Shown piece after piece: positions 52,656 through 64,000 of a stretch of 64,000 bases of DNA. The DNA is taken from NCBI RefSeq assembly GCF_009914755.1, contig NC_060925.1; one strand, given 5' to 3'. The DNA is from the human T2T-CHM13v2.0 reference genome, Homo sapiens. The notes beneath the pieces were generated by a model. The model was given only the letters and a program-made list of their open reading frames with translations, was not told the DNA's origin and ran no database searches. The translations under genes and the position numbers were made by a program. Within the stretch, counting starts at the first letter, position 1. Each line of letters starts with the position of its first letter.

Positions 52656-54078
52656 GAGAGAATGTGCTAGTGTGTCTCTGTGAAGTTGGATGTGTGTTAT
52701 GTCAATGTGTCACTGTTGGTGTGGGTGTATGGTGCCTGTTTGTTGTGCCAAGACTGTGAGGGATACTTAATCTACTTCCTCCCCTCCCTTTCCTTCCTAA
52801 TGCTACTTAAGTACCCTGGGTCTGTCCCCATGTAAGATCCTGCCTGGGGAAGTTGTTCAGTGTTGTTGCTCCCCCGCCTTCCCTGACCCCCCTCTTTCTG
52901 AGCATTTTTAGCACTCGTGGTTTCCTCCAGCTGTCATCTGGTTTCTCGTGGTGCCAATGATTTTGGCTTGGCCCCAGCAACAGTCAATGGGGAAGGTACT
53001 CAATTGGTTCAGAAACATCCTCTCAGCCAATAAAATGTTAATACATTGAAATCCACTTTCTTCTCCCTTCCTCCCCCACAAGCCCTGACCAATGAGATGC
53101 TAGTTTTGTCACTTACTGCCAATCTGGTATTTTAGAAAACAAAATACTGTAATACTGTATGAAGATTACAGAAATGAGACTAGAGATGGAAGAGAAGTGT
53201 AAATGCCAATTCCACAGCACACTCCAGGAACCCTGGCTGTCCCACCTCCATTACAAAAATAGTGGCTGGACAAATGTCCAGATTTCCTCTGTTTGAACCA
53301 CAGAAGCAGAGAATCTCAGGGGCAGAAGGGACTTTAGGAAATTGGCCCAACTTATTGCTTCAACTTCCTCCCCCACCTCAAACACATACTCATGCACAAC
53401 ACTTGCCATCTCATAAAATGGTTGTCCAAACTCTTCTTGAACTTCTCTAGGGACAGGGTTCTAATCCCTTGTCATTCAATGCCTTTTCTTTTTCCATTTC
53501 CTCTTTTCATCTCCAGGACTAGATACTTGAATTGTTTCAGTGCCTCCTTACTTCCTGTTATTACTGTTTCTGTTCCTCCTTATATATCTACACCCCAGCT
53601 CAGGCCCACGAGGGCAATAAGTAGGCAGATGGGAAACAGAGCTCACTGTGGCTCTTACAGGGAGATATGTGCCCCCCCACAATCCCATCCCTAGCAAGAA
53701 CTTGTTGGACTCCTATTAGGTAAAGCCTACCTACAATCTGGGTCTTGGAGGTGTGGTAAGGCAGAGACCATTCCAGAAAAGGGTCAGGCCTTGCCTGGGA
53801 TTGAGGGCTGAGATGCCCATCACTTCTCTTCGATGAGCTAGCTCTCTCTGCCCCTCTTTCACTCTAGCTCCTGCTTACTTACCCAATCACAGAGGTGGCC
53901 CCTAAGCTCAGTCTCATTTTCAGAAAAACTTACTTATGCCAGTGAGAACCCTACTTGGTGAGCGAAGGGCTTTCTCTTAAAATAACAGGCAGAAAAGTGA
54001 TTTAAAAGTGAATCTACACCTGTAGTCCAAGCTACTTAGGAGGCTGAGGTGGGAGGATTACTCGAGCCCAGGAGTTCA

Positions 54079-54318
<240 letters not shown>

Positions 54319-55232
54319 CTAGGTACTCAGGAGGTTGAGGTGGGAGGGTTGCTTGAGCCTGAGAGTTCAAGGCTGCAGTGAGCCAAGATCACACCACTGT
54401 ACTCCTGCCTGGTCAACAAAGGGAGACCCTATCTCAAAAAAAAAAGTGTATCTCCATGAACATTAAAGGAAAGTGAGAAGGGCTATCATGATGACCTGTT
54501 CTCCAGGGCCCAGCCCAAGGTAGCCCTCCATAACCCTCATAGTCCATTCAGTTCAGGGCTCATTAGGCTCTTATCTTCTAGTCCCTTTTACTGTCCCATT
54601 GCTTCTGTTTGCGGGGAAGGTGGAGTGGGAGCAGTATACAACCTCCCCTGCCCAGAATGCAGTGTGAACCCCTTTAGGACAGTCGTATATATTGTTTGTA
54701 TTTGTACCTTACATCTACTTATCACAGAACTCTGCTCATTGTACCATCAACTCATAGTATCAAGGTCCATAAACATACTATCTGTGGTCTCATTTTGCAA
54801 ACTAGATGAAACGAGTAAAGATCACTATTGTCTTGTCTCCATCTTCTTCAGCCTGGTTAGTAGGAGGACCACAGGAAGGGCCAGGGGGCCAAGCCTAGCA
54901 GGGAGAACCGTGTTTACTGGAGAGAAGAGAGTGTGGGCAGTCTTTTCTCATTGCTGCAGAGGAAGCAGGCGCTGTGCTGGCTGGTGTAGAGTACAGGGTG
55001 CTGTATAAGGCACTGCCTGGTACAGAACTTGATTAGCAAAGCCCAGATCCAGTAAGCATAGCACATATAACCACTACAACCTCCATGGCCTGCCTCAACC
55101 CCATAGTCCCAGCTTCACATTCCAAGCAGTATTTGGCATCCCAGCTAGGGGCTGCTATGGCAGAGTGAAGTGCCTTTGGTTCCCCCATTCTTCACTCTTC
55201 CACCTCAACCTCAGGGTCTTCTTTACCTATAG

Positions 55233-55508
<276 letters not shown>

Positions 55509-55753
55509 TGAGTAGCTGGGACTATAGGCGCTTGCCACCACACCTGGCTAATTTTTTGTATTTTTTTTTTAGTAGAGATGGGGTTTCACCATGTTGGCCT
55601 GGCTGGTTTTGAACCTCAGCCTCCCAAAGTGCTGAGATTACAGGTGTGAGCCACCATGCCTGGCCCTTTTTTTTTTTTTTTTTTTTTTTTGAGTTGGTGT
55701 TTTGGTCTCTCACCCAGGCTGGAGTATAGTGGCATGATTGTAGCTCACCATAG

Positions 55754-56389
<636 letters not shown>

Positions 56390-57210
56390 TAGCCAGGATG
56401 GTCGGTCTCAATCTCCTGACCTCGTGATCCGCCCATTTCGGCCTCCCAAAGTGCTGGGATTACAGGCATGAGCCACCGTGCCCGATTGTTTTTGTTTTAT
56501 GAAATTTTATTCTAATCTCACATCTTCTAGGCATTCTGCTGGGTTTACACTGGCAGATTCTGGAGACTCCGTTCCATCTTCAGGTAGTCATAGGGGTAAC
56601 CTCTCACATGGCCATGACTATAACCTTTACTATTTTGAAAATATTCTAGCATTTGTTCCCAGAACAACTCTGTGGGAGTAGATACTGTTAGTCCCATATG
56701 AGCAATCTAAGGCTCAGCATCAGTGACTTACCCAACACCACCCAGCTAATAAGACGCCGAGCCCCAAATTGAATCCAGACCCGCTGGCTCCCACTCCAGT
56801 GCTCTTTCTACTGTTGTGAAACCCAGACCCCTCAACTATCACCCTTATTACTAAGCACTCATTTGTGTTGATGCAGTTGTTCTTGTTATTTGTTCTTGTT
56901 ATCCTGCACCTTCATGTTCTTGTCAATTGTATTTGTAGCCACGTGCTTACTATGTTTCCTTCCTGTGATTGGGAACTTCCAGAGGTGAGGGATGGAATTT
57001 TCCTTTCTCTGTTGGTCCCTCAGAACCCAGGATAGGGGTCTGCCAACCAAAGGAACGGACCCTGAGGATAAAGGCAGGCACCATGGTTGCGGATCTTTGC
57101 CACCTTCAAGTGCATATGGAGAGTGGATGTGGACAGAAATTTGATAACAGTAAGTAACAGCAGCTGCTATTTGTTGAGCACTTACTAGATGCTGAGTGTT
57201 ATGCTAGTTC

Positions 57211-57216
57211 TTTATT
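57211..57216 (-). terminator. ADAMTS4: Probable proximal ADAMTS4 polyadenylation signal, inside a MIR
   Basis: TTTATT on +, ~1.37 kb past the stop; first canonical hexamer I found downstream. Confidence 0.6.
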
Positions 57217-57847
57217 TACATTATTTAATCCTCACAACAAACTTCTAAGGGAGGTATTATTATTGGCAAATGAGAAATCTAATGCTCAGAGACATGGAGT
57301 TAGGATGCAACCACATCTGTCTGACTCCAAAAGGATCACATAAATAGTAGAATTCAATTTAAAAAATATGTACCGGGCGTGGTGGCTCACACCTGTAATC
57401 CCAGCACTTTGGGAGGCCGAGGCAGGTCGATTACCTGAGGTCAGGAGTTCAAGAGCAGCCTGGCCAACATGGTGAAACCCTGTCTCTACTAAAAATACAA
57501 AAATTAGTTGGGCGTGGCCAGGCACGGTGGCTCACGCCTGTAATCCCAGCACTTTGGGAGATGAAGGCGAGTGGATCACCTAAGGTCAGGAGTTCGAGAC
57601 CAGCCTGGCCAACATGGTGAAACCCCGTCTCTACTAAAAATACAAAAATTAGCCGGGCGTGGTGGTAGGTGCCTATAATCTCAGCTACTCGGGAGGCTGA
57701 GGCAGGAGAATTGCTGGAACCCAGGTGGCGAAGGTTGCAGTGAGCTGAAATCATTCCAGCCCTGGTGACAATAGCGAGACTCTGTCTCCAAACAAAACAA
57801 AACAAAAATTAGCCGGGCGTGGTGGCAGGAGCCTGTAATCCCAGCTA

Positions 57848-58004
<157 letters not shown>

Positions 58005-58101
58005 TCACTCCCTGAAGGCCCACCCTACCCTTGACTTTTCTTTTCCCAAAAAATAAAATTCAGGAAGAGGAAAGCAGAACAGGTTGTACCTCATACATAA
58101 G

Positions 58102-58143
58102 CACACACACATTTTCACACACACACACACGCATACACACACC
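58102..58143. repeat. Interrupted (CA)n / (GU)n repeat in the ADAMTS4 3' UTR
   Basis: Read directly. Confidence 0.9.
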
Positions 58144-58582
58144 ACTTATACCTATCACCACCACCCTGGATTTCCTAGCCCCAGGGTGAGGGCTATGAGG
58201 GGTCAGGGGTCAGGTTCCCCAGGACCCTAGTCCTTGTCCCCTTCCCTGGTGCTAAATAAAAGTGAATAAATACTAAATAAATACAACTGGGGCCGAGGCC
58301 CTCCCTGCCTTCCCCCTCCCTCCTGTGACCCGCAGGGCAGAGGGGGCAGTTTAGATGGAGGGCTGTCTGTCAGCCCCTTCCATCCACTAACCCATCACTG
58401 CCTCCCAGGGCAGGAAACCAGGGCAGGGCCAGCCTGCGCATTAGGGCAGAGAGGAGGGGCAGGTCTCACGCCCACAGCCCCTCCCCACTGAGTCTTAGCA
58501 TGAGGCAGCAACAGAAGCTCTCTCTTTCTCCCAGCTAAGTCCGAGGCCCCGGTGCCCAGAAAGGGCAGCCGGGATAGTGAGG

Positions 58583-63744
<5,162 letters not shown>

Positions 63745-64000
63745 CTGTGGAGAGGGATCATAGAAGGTGCATAGACAGCCAAGACACCTGGGTCCATTGG
63801 GTTGAGATCCAGATTCCCGGGGACCTGGGCACTGAGGACCCAGCACTGTCAGGGCCTAGGTAGCCACACATGGCAGTGTGGCTGGGGCAAGGCACCATGT
63901 CACACAACTCCAGGAACATCATTTGCATCATAGTCTATGTAGTGGCGCTTCTTAGAATTGTGCAGTGCATGGCCTGCGGTGCTGACTGGGGCCTCACCTG

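Overview
Human (primate) genomic DNA, recognisable as the gene-dense chr1q23.3 cluster. It contains DEDD non-coding exon 1 and promoter (-, window start), then ~20 kb of Alu-saturated intergenic DNA. Four complete genes follow: UFC1 (+, 167 aa), USP21 (+, 565 aa), PPOX (+, 477 aa) and B4GALT3 (-, 393 aa). The window ends with the last 7 exons of ADAMTS4 (-). I assembled every CDS by hand from splice sites, and the lengths match the known proteins. The most interesting signals are in USP21: (1) a hidden in-frame alternative first coding exon in an intron (29200-29340) whose 47-aa product resembles the N-terminus of the short USP2b/USP2-45 isoform of the paralog USP2; (2) a minor-spliceosome (U12) intron with rare AT-AG ends that is 222 nt long and stop-free in frame; (3) a ~125-bp internal duplication of a coding exon into the 5' UTR intron that keeps both splice sites and carries uATGs. 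Also notable are a retroposed SNORA78/SNHG9-like 'snoRNA + intron remainder + last exon + poly(A)' molecule at ~8455-8810 and four independent L1 3'-end insertions all truncated at the same G-rich tract. Gene and family names come from recalled sequences; no searches were run.
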